Shown piece after piece: positions 9,985-19,797 of a stretch of DNA of 64,000 bases (position 1 is the stretch's first letter; the number at the start of each line of letters is the position of its first letter). This stretch comes from Gammaproteobacteria bacterium (GTDB lineage: Bacteria; Pseudomonadota; Gammaproteobacteria; Ga0077536): NCBI GenBank assembly GCA_047611805.1, contig JBLFWX010000014.1, positions 464 to 64,463 of the forward strand, in the 5' to 3' direction. The translations under genes were made by a program, and so were the position numbers. The notes below the pieces were generated by a model, which saw only the letters and a program-made list of their open reading frames with translations, did not search any database and was not told the origin of the DNA.

Positions 9985-10875
9985 ATGATTGAAGAACGAT
10001 GGGTAACGTTTTACAGCGAAGGATCGCGCATCGTTGGCAATCTGTTTTTGCCCGACGGCATCCGCGATGCGAAACCGGGACCTGGCATCGTTCTCTGCCA
10101 CGGCTTTACTGGCGTGCGGCAATTGTCATTGCGCGACTACGCGGAGCGTTTTGCTGCGGCAGGTTACGTTGCGCTGATCTTCGATTATCGCGGCTTCGGC
10201 GATAGCGAAGGACCTAAGTGGCGATTGATTCCGCTCGAGCAAGTCGACGATATTAGAAACGCCATTACATGGCTCGGCGCACAGCCGGAAGTGGATACGG
10301 AACAAATCGGCTTGTGGGGCACGAGTTTCGGCGGCGCCCATGTGCCCTACGTCGCCGGCGTTGATACGCGGGTCAAGGCCGCAGTTGCGCAAGTTGGATT
10401 CGATACCGGTGACCGTTTTTTGCTGAGCGTGCGCAACGATGTCGAGCGCGCCGAGCTTCAAACACAACTCGAGGCCGATCGTCGTCTACGAGTAACGCAA
10501 GGCAAGGGTATCGATATCGACCCGTTCGAACGTGCCTTAGCTAATCCAGAAGCGAGCGGTTTCATCGGCAGAGCTTTGCAAGCGCATCCACACATGCGCT
10601 GTCTGCTGTCGTGGCAGACCTGGGAGAAAACACTCGAATATCGCCCGCTCGATGTCGTCGACAAGATCGCACCACGCGCCTTGCTGTTAATAGCGGCAGA
10701 GCAAGACACGGTTTGCCCGCCTGCGGGTTATAAGGAACTGTATGAGCGTGCCGCCGAACCGAAAAAATTAATCAATCTACCCATCAGTCACTATGAGATC
10801 TACGAAGGCGAGTGGTTAGAAGAATCCGCGACGCAAGCCGTGCAGTGGTTCGACACCTATCTGCACTCCAAGTAA
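9985..10875 (+). CDS. alpha/beta hydrolase (dienelactone-hydrolase/peptidase S15-like)
   Basis: 296 aa. Has HGFTG, the nucleophile elbow GTSFGG and a C-terminal His region (ISHYE). Confidence 0.7.
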   Translation: MIEERWVTFYSEGSRIVGNLFLPDGIRDAKPGPGIVLCHGFTGVRQLSLRDYAERFAAAGYVALIFDYRGFGDSEGPKWRLIPLEQVDDIRNAITWLGAQPEVDTEQIGLWGTSFGGAHVPYVAGVDTRVKAAVAQVGFDTGDRFLLSVRNDVERAELQTQLEADRRLRVTQGKGIDIDPFERALANPEASGFIGRALQAHPHMRCLLSWQTWEKTLEYRPLDVVDKIAPRALLLIAAEQDTVCPPAGYKELYERAAEPKKLINLPISHYEIYEGEWLEESATQAVQWFDTYLHSK

Positions 10876-11091
10876 GGATTCGAGATGTTAGCTGCTATGT
10901 ACCACCCGGATACAGCACCGCTCGCCACCACAGAAGGCTCGCAAGTTCGCCGTCTCCTGTGATCGGTGATTCTGGCGCGACGTTTTCGCCAAGACCGAAT
11001 GCGTCGACCGCGACAGCAGCGTCCGTCGATGATTAAATAGGACGCGGCCGATGGCCCGTTGTAAAACCATTGCAACACACTAGGGAGACCG

Positions 11092-11793
11092 ATGAGTAAT
11101 AAACCGGGTCCGGACGAAATTCTAGATTACATCGCCAAAGAATCGCTAGCGGCGGCTCGTCATTGGCCCTGGGTAGTAGCACCGCTAACCCGCGCTACCG
11201 GCCGTGCCTATATTCTGCAACACGTGCTGCGCAATCGCTTTTTCAGCTCTGTCATGCGTCCGGCATGGATGAGCCGTTGCCCGGATCTGGCTATCGTGCG
11301 CAAAACGATCTCGCAAATGCATGAAGAGCTCGTACTCGATCCTGCCATCGGTGCTGCGCATACGAAAATACTGTTTGAAATGGGTCGCAATACCGGCCTC
11401 ACGGACGATCAGATGAACAACGTTGTCGCGGAAACGTCCACTGCTGCCTCATTCGCAATTCAAGAAAAGTTAGCAAGGCAATCGCATTGGACCGTCGGCT
11501 GGCTAGGTTCATCGATCGACGAGTTCGTACTAACCCAGTTGCCGGGACACAATTTTGAACCACGCCATTGGCAAGATGCGTTTGGCTTATCAATTGAACA
11601 AGTGTTCTTTTTTGACTATCACCTTAAAGCCGATCTAGAACACGCGGGAACCTCTAGCTGGTCGATGATGCAGCCGCATGTGACTCAAGCAGTCTGTACG
11701 GAGATCGTCGAGACATTACCGCTTATCTTGGAATCCCATCGCTTATTCTATGTCGGTGTCGAGGCACATACGGCGCGGATGATCGAGGCATAA
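11092..11793 (+). CDS. iron-containing redox enzyme family protein (heme-oxygenase-like fold, TenA/PqqC-like)
   Basis: 233 aa and all-helical in appearance. His/Glu-bearing helices (QMHEEL, AAHTKILFEMG, DYHLKADLEHAG) resemble the Haem_oxygenase_2-type family. GGGAGA lies upstream of the ATG. Confidence 0.5.
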   Translation: MSNKPGPDEILDYIAKESLAAARHWPWVVAPLTRATGRAYILQHVLRNRFFSSVMRPAWMSRCPDLAIVRKTISQMHEELVLDPAIGAAHTKILFEMGRNTGLTDDQMNNVVAETSTAASFAIQEKLARQSHWTVGWLGSSIDEFVLTQLPGHNFEPRHWQDAFGLSIEQVFFFDYHLKADLEHAGTSSWSMMQPHVTQAVCTEIVETLPLILESHRLFYVGVEAHTARMIEA

Positions 11794-11995
11794 ACACATC
11801 GTTAAGACAATGCGAGCGACATTTGAACTGACCGTTAGGAGACGACAGCTAAGCCCGTAATACGAGTTCGCATTGTCTCAAATCACGCAGTTATCTCGGG
11901 CGAGTTCATTCGAGGAGCCAGCGTTTGAATAAAAGTCATGGCTAGCGAGAGCCGCAAGCTGCTCGCCAGTCATCGTGCCAAAAAGGAGAAATCTG

Positions 11996-12763
11996 GTGAG
12001 CAATCTATTTGATCTAAATGGGCGAGTAGCGATGGTGACTGGCGCTGGTCAAGGGATCGGTCGCCGGTTCGCGCAAGCCTTTGCCGAGGCCGGTTGTGCC
12101 GTCGTCGTCGCGGAACTCAATGCCGAGAATGCACAACGAGTAGCAGCAGATATCCGCGCCACGGGCGCGCGCGCTTTAGGCTGCGCGACGGATGTCGGCA
12201 GCGCCGCTTCAGCGGAAGCCGCAGTGTCGGCGGCAGTCAAGGAATTTGGACGTCTGGATATCCTGGTCAATAACGCGGGAATTTTTTCGACTATCAAAAT
12301 GCAACCATTTACTGAGATACCACTTGATGATTGGGAACAAATGCTGCGGGTCAACATCACGGGTCCATTCCTAATGGCACGCGCTGCGGCGCCGGTCATG
12401 CAAAAACAGAATTTCGGTCGCATTATCAATATGGGATCCGCGTCGGTTTCAATGGGACGCGCGAATTATTTGCATTACACCACCTCCAAGTCGTCGTTAG
12501 TTGGCATGTCGCGCAGCCTCGCGCGCGAGTTAGGCGCTTACGGGATTACGGTCAACACGATCTTGCCTGGTGCCGTCGAAACCGAAATAGAACGGGAAAC
12601 GGTCACGCCACAACAGCGCGAAGCCATGATCGCAATGCGTTGCGTCGCGCGCGCCCAAACACCCGACGACCTGCTTGGCACTATGCTATTTTTGTCCAGT
12701 GACGCGAGCGCTTTTCTAACCGGGCAATCGCTAACCGTCGATGGTGGATTGACGTTTCTTTAA
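11996..12763 (+). CDS. SDR family oxidoreductase (FabG-like)
   Basis: TGAGQGIG cofactor motif, NNAG and catalytic YTTSK. The start is placed at GTG 11996, 6 nt after AGGAGA and in frame with the listed ORF 11975. Confidence 0.85.
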   Translation: MSNLFDLNGRVAMVTGAGQGIGRRFAQAFAEAGCAVVVAELNAENAQRVAADIRATGARALGCATDVGSAASAEAAVSAAVKEFGRLDILVNNAGIFSTIKMQPFTEIPLDDWEQMLRVNITGPFLMARAAAPVMQKQNFGRIINMGSASVSMGRANYLHYTTSKSSLVGMSRSLARELGAYGITVNTILPGAVETEIERETVTPQQREAMIAMRCVARAQTPDDLLGTMLFLSSDASAFLTGQSLTVDGGLTFL

Positions 12764-12796
12764 TTTTACGGCGGGCGACTTCGATAGGATTAGCGC

Positions 12797-14284
12797 ATGA
12801 CGAAGAAAAAACAATCAAGAGACGCCACCGCGCGCTATGACGTATTGCCGCAACGCCGCGACCTTTTCTATGGCAATGCCTGGCATGCGCCGCGTGGCGG
12901 TTACGTGCCGACCTTCAACCCGGCTAACCAAGATAATCTCGGTGACACAGCATCTGCCAATGCCACCGATGTCGACTCGGCCGTGCAAAGTGCACATGGT
13001 GCGTTCCACGAATGGCGCACAACGCCGCCAATCGAGCGCGCCAATTCAATGCGCCGACTCGCCGCGCTAGTTCGTGAGTCGGCGGAAGAATTTGCGATGA
13101 TCGACGCCATCAATTGCGGCAACCCGGTGCGCGAAATGATCAGGGACGCAACGATAGCCGCTGCGCAGATCGATTATTTCGCCGGTCTCGTGCACGAGCT
13201 AAAAGGCGACACCTTGCCGATGGGCCCCGATTCTCTAAATTACTCAGTGCGCGAACCGCTCGGCGTCACGGCGCGGATCGTGGCGTACAACCATCCCATG
13301 TTGTTTCTAGCTGGAAAATTAGCACCGGCAGTTGCAGCCGGTAACACCGTAGTAATGAAACCGCCTGAACAAGCGCCGTTATCGTCTTACCGTCTTGCTG
13401 ACATGATCGCCGCGAGCTTGCCCCCCGGCGTAGTTAACATCGTGAGCGGCGGCAGCGAATGTGGTGAAGCGCTCGTGAAACATCCGCTCGTGCAAAAAGT
13501 CGCGTTGATCGGATCGGTGCCGACAGGATCAAAAATTCTCCATCTTGCAGCTGACAAAATCATGCCGGTCACTTTGGAGCTCGGAGGCAAAAACCCACTG
13601 ATTATTTGCCCCGACGCCGATCTCGAGCGAGCGATTGGCGGCGCTGTCGGCGGCATGAATTTTACCTGGGCCGGCCAGTCTTGCGGGTCCACGTCGCGTT
13701 GCTTTGTGCATCGTTCCGTCTACGACGAGGTGTGCGCCGGAATCGTCGCGTTGATCCCAACAAAACATCAATGTGGCGATCCTACTGACATGAATACAAC
13801 TATGGGCAGTTTGATCTCAGAAGCACAGTTCAACAAAGTGATCAATATGATCAACACGGCGAAAAATGACGGCGCGCGACTGCTGTTCGGCGGCAAGCGT
13901 CCGGCAGATCCGATGCTCGCGAACGGCTGGTTTGTTGAACCCACGGTGTTTGCGGATGTCACTCCGGCGATGCAGTTGTTTCGCGAAGAAGTATTCGGGC
14001 CAGTGCTCGCAATTATCCCGTGGGATGACGAAGAAGAACTGCTCGCGGAAGTGAATAGCGTCGACTATGGGCTGACAGCCTCAGTATGGACGCGCGACCT
14101 AGCGCGCGCTCATCGACTCGCCGCGCGGATCGAATCTGGCTACATTTGGATAAACCACATTAGCAGCCATTTCATTGGCACGGAATTTGGCGGCTTCAAA
14201 AAATCCGGACTCGGCCGTGAAGAGGGTCTGTCGGAGTTACTGTCCTACACGCAAATAAAGAACGTACACGTTCGGATCGCCTAA
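12797..14284 (+). CDS. NAD(P)-dependent aldehyde dehydrogenase
   Basis: 495 aa. Catalytic Glu block LELGGKNP and Cys block AGQSCGSTSR. Has a typical ALDH C-terminus. Confidence 0.9.
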   Translation: MTKKKQSRDATARYDVLPQRRDLFYGNAWHAPRGGYVPTFNPANQDNLGDTASANATDVDSAVQSAHGAFHEWRTTPPIERANSMRRLAALVRESAEEFAMIDAINCGNPVREMIRDATIAAAQIDYFAGLVHELKGDTLPMGPDSLNYSVREPLGVTARIVAYNHPMLFLAGKLAPAVAAGNTVVMKPPEQAPLSSYRLADMIAASLPPGVVNIVSGGSECGEALVKHPLVQKVALIGSVPTGSKILHLAADKIMPVTLELGGKNPLIICPDADLERAIGGAVGGMNFTWAGQSCGSTSRCFVHRSVYDEVCAGIVALIPTKHQCGDPTDMNTTMGSLISEAQFNKVINMINTAKNDGARLLFGGKRPADPMLANGWFVEPTVFADVTPAMQLFREEVFGPVLAIIPWDDEEELLAEVNSVDYGLTASVWTRDLARAHRLAARIESGYIWINHISSHFIGTEFGGFKKSGLGREEGLSELLSYTQIKNVHVRIA

Positions 14285-14385
14285 CAATACGGATCATCGC
14301 GCAAGGACATGCTTATCTAACAAGCGCACGGTGTTGTGCGTCGGCCAGATCGAACAACGGCGCGCTTTCTATAGATTGAAGTGAC

Positions 14386-14706
14386 TTATCGCCTCTATTA
14401 TCGGTGTCGATACGGGTGGAACTTTCACGGATGGTTTCGTGGCCGACGAGTCCGGCAAATTTTTCGCCGCAAAACCGCCCTCCACACCGACTGACTTTTC
14501 GCTGGGTTTCCTGAACGTCATTGACGAACTTGCCGTTGGGCTCGCCACAAGCGGACACAGAGTTACCAGCGAACACACGTTATATCGTTCACGGGACGAC
14601 CTCAACGTTGAACACGCTCGTCACAGTCGACGTACCGATAGTCGGCTTTTTAACGACCAGAGATCACGCTGATTCCATCGCTATTATGAATGTCGAAGGC
14701 CGGAAA
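14386..14706 (+). pseudogene. hydantoinase A N-terminal remnant (no start codon, one frameshift, truncated)
   Basis: Reads SIIGVDTGGTFTDGFVADESGKFFAAKPPSTPTDF... The frame then shifts to ...YIVHGTTSTLNTLVT..VGFLTTRDHADSIAIMNVEGR. This parallels the intact HyuA N-terminus (GADVGGTFTD...HGTTVATNAVLT...GLITTQGYRQILHIGR). An in-frame TGA lies 4 codons upstream, and homology stops at the inverted repeat. Confidence 0.75.
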
Positions 14707-14786
14707 TTTCGGGGACAGTATATTTAATTCGCTTCCATGAACGGTCTATCCGCTATTTCTTAGAATAAAATATACTGTCCCCGAAA
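14707..14786. repeat. 19-bp perfect inverted repeat (tttcggggacagtatattt / aaatatactgtccccgaaa) with a 42-nt spacer
   Basis: Arms at 14707-14725 and 14768-14786 are exact reverse complements. The repeat lies exactly where the hydantoinase A remnant loses homology. No flanking direct duplication seen. Confidence 0.9.
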
Positions 14787-15835
14787 CCCTGTCCTTTGGC
14801 GAAACATTTTAGCCGCGAATCCCAGAAGCTGGTTACGAACGAGCGTCCAAATCATTTCACGATCGACTACACGCGAAACAATGGGTGAGAAACGGGCGAC
14901 AAAAACTCAAACGCTGCCACGAGAGTCGTTTGCTGTACTCTTGCGATCGAAGCGCTTGGCTACGAAATTGACCAACAAGAAAGCTCCGATAACAAAAGCC
15001 TAAATTCGTCAGCGCTGCGCATTGATCGAGTGAAGATCGACCGCCGTTGACGAACTTCCGCCGCCGAGAAGCCCCGTGGGAAAATTACTTGATTCGCGGT
15101 CACAAACGGTCCGCTGGCTACTAAATTCTAAATTAAGTAGCCAGTCTCCGAATCCGCGACACGCCCAAATTTAACTATCGGAATAGTGTGGATCGGTGAT
15201 TGCGTCAAATGCATCCTGGACGAAGTCGCCCATTTCTAGCGCATCATCAGGATTCAGATGTGCTTCGATATTGGAGAGTTCGAAGAAGCCGCTGTCATCA
15301 AATAATGTCCCTGTCGGTTCATCGTTTTCATTTTAAAATTGCGAATCGCTTGGTTCGTAGTGGTGCAGTTCCATAGTCTTGCTCCATTACGCGTTGCTCG
15401 AAACTGACTTCAAACTACTCCCCTTAGCGACGAATAATTGTGATGTAGGTCGCGCGCAATTGTGACAAGTTGTCAACATTGATTCGAATGATTAAAACAC
15501 TCAGCGGTGCTGCTCCGCCGAAACAAAATGTTCCATTTTTGACGTAACAATAAGGATAAAGACATCACGCTTTGCCGTTGCTATTGGGAATTTCTGGCCA
15601 TCTATATGAGTCAACGAAGCAGGACGGTCCATGCGACGGTGACGCGAAGACATCGCCAAACCAGCGCTCGCGACGTTTTCCGGAAAAACAATATACTTAG
15701 CTTGCGTACACAACCGGCTGCGGGGTATTAAAATCTAGACGAGGTAGACTGCCCTGAGACCCTGCGCAGCACGCCGATTACGAATATTCGATCAGGCGAG
15801 TGAAGCTCGCTTAATCCCTTCAACGGAGAATTAAA

Positions 15836-16660
15836 ATGTTAGTCAGCACCAATCTTAGAAACTGGGGTACGAGTTCCGAGCCAGACACGATGGTCGAGTG
15901 CGCGTTGTTCGCCGAGACAGCAGGTATTGACACGATCTGGGTTAACGAGCGCCTGCACACACCCGCCGGAATGGGTTGGAACGCGGATGACGGCGGTCGT
16001 TATCTCGATTGCCTTATGGCGCTGACTTTTATCGCCGCGCGCACCCAACGCATTCAACTCGGTACCGGTGTCTTGAACGTGCCTTATAGACTGCCGTTTC
16101 AATTGGTCAAACAGGTTGCAACGTTGCAAGAATTATCTGGCAACCGTTTTCGTTTCGGGATCGGAACAGGTTGGAACGAGACGGAGTTCGAAGTACTTGG
16201 CGTGCCCTATAAGCGCCGCGGCAAACTCACGAACGAGGCACTGAGACTGTTTCATGCTGCGTTTGAAAACGACACCGTGAACGCCAACGGTGTAGAGTTT
16301 CCGGTATTACCGAGGCCCGCTCGCCCCCTGGTTTACGTCGGTGGCGGCAGCGATGCGGCGTTACAACGCACGGTACGCTATGGCGACGGCTGGATAGCAG
16401 CCGGCAAAACTCCAGACGAAATCACAGCGCCGAAACAACGGCTATTTGAGCTCGCCCAAGCAGCCGGAAAACCTCTACCCCGAATTATTGCGATGAAGAC
16501 CTTACCGCTCGACGACATTGGGGCGGCTGTCGCAATGGCGCTAGATTTCGCCGCTGCTGGTTGCGATGAATTCGTGCACGCCGGTGCCTATGCTGATAGG
16601 GCTGCGTACAAGAAACGCATTGAAACCATAGCAGAGCGGATTATTCCGGCCGTCGCATAA
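15836..16660 (+). CDS. LLM-class (luciferase-like) flavin/F420-dependent oxidoreductase
   Basis: 274 aa. Blocks RFRFGIGTGW, YVGGGSDAALQRTVRYGDGW are typical of the short LLM class. GGAGAA lies upstream of the ATG. Confidence 0.75.
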   Translation: MLVSTNLRNWGTSSEPDTMVECALFAETAGIDTIWVNERLHTPAGMGWNADDGGRYLDCLMALTFIAARTQRIQLGTGVLNVPYRLPFQLVKQVATLQELSGNRFRFGIGTGWNETEFEVLGVPYKRRGKLTNEALRLFHAAFENDTVNANGVEFPVLPRPARPLVYVGGGSDAALQRTVRYGDGWIAAGKTPDEITAPKQRLFELAQAAGKPLPRIIAMKTLPLDDIGAAVAMALDFAAAGCDEFVHAGAYADRAAYKKRIETIAERIIPAVA

Positions 16661-17805
16661 TGGTGTGACAAGGTGCTAGAGCGCGAGCATTGGGCGCCGC
16701 CGAATAATTCGACGGGTTCTAGTGGGGATTTGTCGGAGTTTGCGTTGGGAAATTCGTAAGGCAATGCGTGATTGTTTGATGCCATACCTTCCGTCATCAT
16801 TCGAACCTCAGAGGTAAATCCGAGGAGAGGTAAAGCGCAGGGATACCCACTAAAGATCAAAGTAACCTGGTGCCAACGCGCGACACCGTACGAAAGAATA
16901 ATGCGGCGCAATTCGTTGTTGCTGATTTCGACGCTTGCGATCATCGTACGAAGACCGGTACGTGAATTGTTGTCGCGTTTCTTAGTTTGCGCATTCAATA
17001 TTACGACGATGCCGCGTTAGATAGTTAAGACAAGTCAGGTGATTGCATGGGTTAGCGATGGCGACAATCGATCAGAAACCAAGATGTCGTGCTTACCGCA
17101 CTCCCTGGTTTTTGGCGGCGGGTTTTATCTAATTCAAACTACGTTTAACGCTATCGCCCTTGTGAGCGACGCCAATGAACCCGCGAGCGCATCCTGTTGA
17201 GAGCAGCCTTAATCGTTCGCACATCAACTATCCCGTTGGTGCACACCATACGGTGACAAATAGCGTCGCACACCAAACTCGAAGTATGACGATTCGGATT
17301 TCCGCACGTAATCCAAATAACTAAACGAGGGCGAATTCGGTGCTCGATTCAGAAAAATTATCGCCACGAGGCTGCTCGATAGCCTCCAGGAATCTGAAAG
17401 TCTTGTCTAAGACACCAATCAGTTAATCTAGCTGATTATTCACCGCCGCCGTGTCCCCATTTTTATTTCGTGTCGGCCCCGAGCCAGAATCTCTCCGACG
17501 CAATTAATACCATTAAATTATTGATTATATAGAATAATTATAATTACTCGAGTCGACTAGATGTCACGATACGGCATGATTAACCATGCTGTGTGCATTA
17601 CTATTTAGTAATGTTAGAGTGAAAGGGTTACATGCTTTAGCGCCGCGAGGCTCACCAGCGTGGGGGAAACTCACTTCCGGAACCTAGTCCGGATTCCCGA
17701 TTAGTTCTCGAGACACACCGGGTTGCGGGAGCAAACCTAATCAACAGTAATGTCCACCGGTACAACTTCCATTAGCGGACCCTGACAGGTCCAAGGAGAT
17801 CGGTT

Positions 17806-19185
17806 ATGGCGCACATTAGGAAATACGACTTTGACTACAGTCGTCGTCACTTTATGGAGAAGACGGCGAAAGGCTTCGGCGCAGCCGGGGTCCTCGGTTC
17901 ACTGTGGCCGATTATGGCTAAGACCGGGGAGATCAATATGGCCTACCCCGATGAGTTACTCAGTATCGAAGCTTACACAAAGGGTCGGATAAATACGGGT
18001 GACTGGATAACTGCAGACAATATCGATGACGTGAAGGATCTCGTTGATGCGGGTCTCTATCACGAAGTGAAGCAGCAAGGCCGAAAGTTTCTGATTCAAG
18101 CCTCCACCACAGACATCACGAAGATGTTCCCGCACGAGTTTATGGAAGCGACATTGACCAATGCGGGCCGCGCGGAATTCGACGATGTGGGCAACGTTTG
18201 GACAGATGATGGTAGCCAATGGATCGGCGGGCTCCCATTCCCGAATGCAAAAACGGGCTTAGAAGTTATTGCAAACATGACGCTGAGCTGGGGCCGTCAC
18301 GACGAATCAACCTACGCGATGATCGCTGACGCGGTGAACGCGCAAGGCGAAGTCGCATACAAATATTCGATGATTTGGGCCGAACAAGCTGCATCCGGCA
18401 GACTGAAAGGACCGTCGATGATGTCGGAAGGTCGCGGCGAAGGAAAAATGCGCTATCAATCGACTTGGTTCAGCGCACCGAACGATGTTAAGGGAACGGC
18501 GTTTATTAATATCTGGCCTTACGATCAACGTGAGTTTCCAGATCTATTCGGCTATCTACCCGCGTTTAAACGCGTTCGCCGTTTTCCGACGAACCAGCGA
18601 TTCGAACCGCTAGTCGCAGGGCTAAATTTTTATCTTTCCGATGCATGGGCCGCGGGCGATCCGTATCTGACCTGGGGAAACTATAAAATTGTCGGACGCG
18701 GCCCGTTCCTTGGCAGCTCGCAGGGCGGGTGGATGGGAGACCTACCTGGATGGAGACCCGAAACGCACGGCGGACCTAAAGACGAGACATTCTTTACCGT
18801 GACGAAGGAGCTCATTCCCGAAGTCATCATATTGGAAGCCGAACCAACTGGATTCCCGCGTTCGCCGTATAGCAAAAAGCGGTGTTATGTCGATGCTAGA
18901 AACATGATTTTCCCGACGTTTTTGAGCTATGACCGTCGTGGTGATTTGTTCAAGGTCGGCGAACCAGGCTTTGGTCAATACAAGACTGAAAACAACGTCA
19001 AAATGGACGGTGACCATCCCGCATGGAGTTGGACGTGGTACCACAGCCACGACATGCAAGGCGACACGATGTCGCGCATCCAGCAGTCCGATGAAGTGCA
19101 AGGCGGATATAAATCGGTCTATAACGAAGGGGATCTTTACGATAAATATATGACTAAGGCCGCAATGCGCCGCCTTGGCACCTAA
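17806..19185 (+). CDS. DUF1329 family protein with Tat-like signal peptide
   Basis: 459 aa. SRRHFMEKTAKGFGAAGVLGSL is a twin-arginine-type leader. Blocks GLPFPNAKTGLEVIAN, FKRVRRFPTNQRFEP and RCYVDARN...YDRRGDLFKV resemble DUF1329. AAGGAGA lies 7 nt upstream of the ATG. Confidence 0.7.
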   Translation: MAHIRKYDFDYSRRHFMEKTAKGFGAAGVLGSLWPIMAKTGEINMAYPDELLSIEAYTKGRINTGDWITADNIDDVKDLVDAGLYHEVKQQGRKFLIQASTTDITKMFPHEFMEATLTNAGRAEFDDVGNVWTDDGSQWIGGLPFPNAKTGLEVIANMTLSWGRHDESTYAMIADAVNAQGEVAYKYSMIWAEQAASGRLKGPSMMSEGRGEGKMRYQSTWFSAPNDVKGTAFINIWPYDQREFPDLFGYLPAFKRVRRFPTNQRFEPLVAGLNFYLSDAWAAGDPYLTWGNYKIVGRGPFLGSSQGGWMGDLPGWRPETHGGPKDETFFTVTKELIPEVIILEAEPTGFPRSPYSKKRCYVDARNMIFPTFLSYDRRGDLFKVGEPGFGQYKTENNVKMDGDHPAWSWTWYHSHDMQGDTMSRIQQSDEVQGGYKSVYNEGDLYDKYMTKAAMRRLGT

Positions 19186-19210
19186 TAACAACACCACGTA
19201 AGACTACCTA

Positions 19211-19256
19211 CTCATGCTCTAATGCGGCGCCCCGCATTAGGGCATGAGGATTTTTC
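19211..19256 (+). terminator. rho-independent terminator of the DUF1329 gene
   Basis: 17-bp stem ctcatgctctaatgcgg / ccgcattagggcatgag (one G.U pair) with loop cgcc, followed by gattttt. Confidence 0.8.
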
Positions 19257-19797
19257 GGCGAGACGCTACGAGAAACGCGACGATGTGAAGTCGTATTTGG
19301 ATAGCATCGTCGACAGCAACTACGAGCGCGCGAGCAGTTCGCTCTTCCTCGTGATCCCGCAAACGCACTGCCGCTGACCTTAAAACCAGCTCTCCAGGTA
19401 ATGGAACCGAGGAGCAACGGGTTGTCCCCTGCTCGCTAATGTAGAGGCAACTGAATCTTGAATCGGGAGCTAGAGAGTCAATTAAGCTTCGCCTCGGTAA
19501 CTCGCGCACGCTAAACAAAAGTACCGAACCCTGGATCTATTAGGGTTGTGCCGCCACAACGTTACTCGCCACAAGCAATGCCGCCATTAGAAATATCGCC
19601 ACGCGAGCGCACTCATTGAATCGTGTCGTCACCACGTTCATTCCATTCATTAAGGTTTCCGACATAATCGCGTAATCCGAGCGAGAGGCAGCGTTTGAAT
19701 GACAGCAATCACTCTCTAAAATTTCCCAAGACATGGTGAGTCATTGCAAGCATGTACGAGCTCGCAGAAAGCGTCGAACACCACGACATCTCGACGT

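Noticed and set aside
11805-11878. An 11-bp inverted repeat (agacaatgcga / tcgcattgtct) with a 52-nt spacer between the heme-oxygenase-like gene and the SDR gene.
   Set aside because: The loop is too long and there is no U-tract for an intrinsic terminator. It may be an operator or an mRNA structure, but the sequence alone gives no support.
16760-16860. A tRNA-like GGTTCGAA string on the minus strand.
   Set aside because: The flanks do not form a T-arm, acceptor stem or anticodon arm. It is not a tRNA.
16588-16998. A 136-aa minus-strand ORF overlapping the end of the LLM gene.
   Set aside because: It overlaps a well-supported gene on the other strand by over 70 nt, and it has no recognisable domain or start context.
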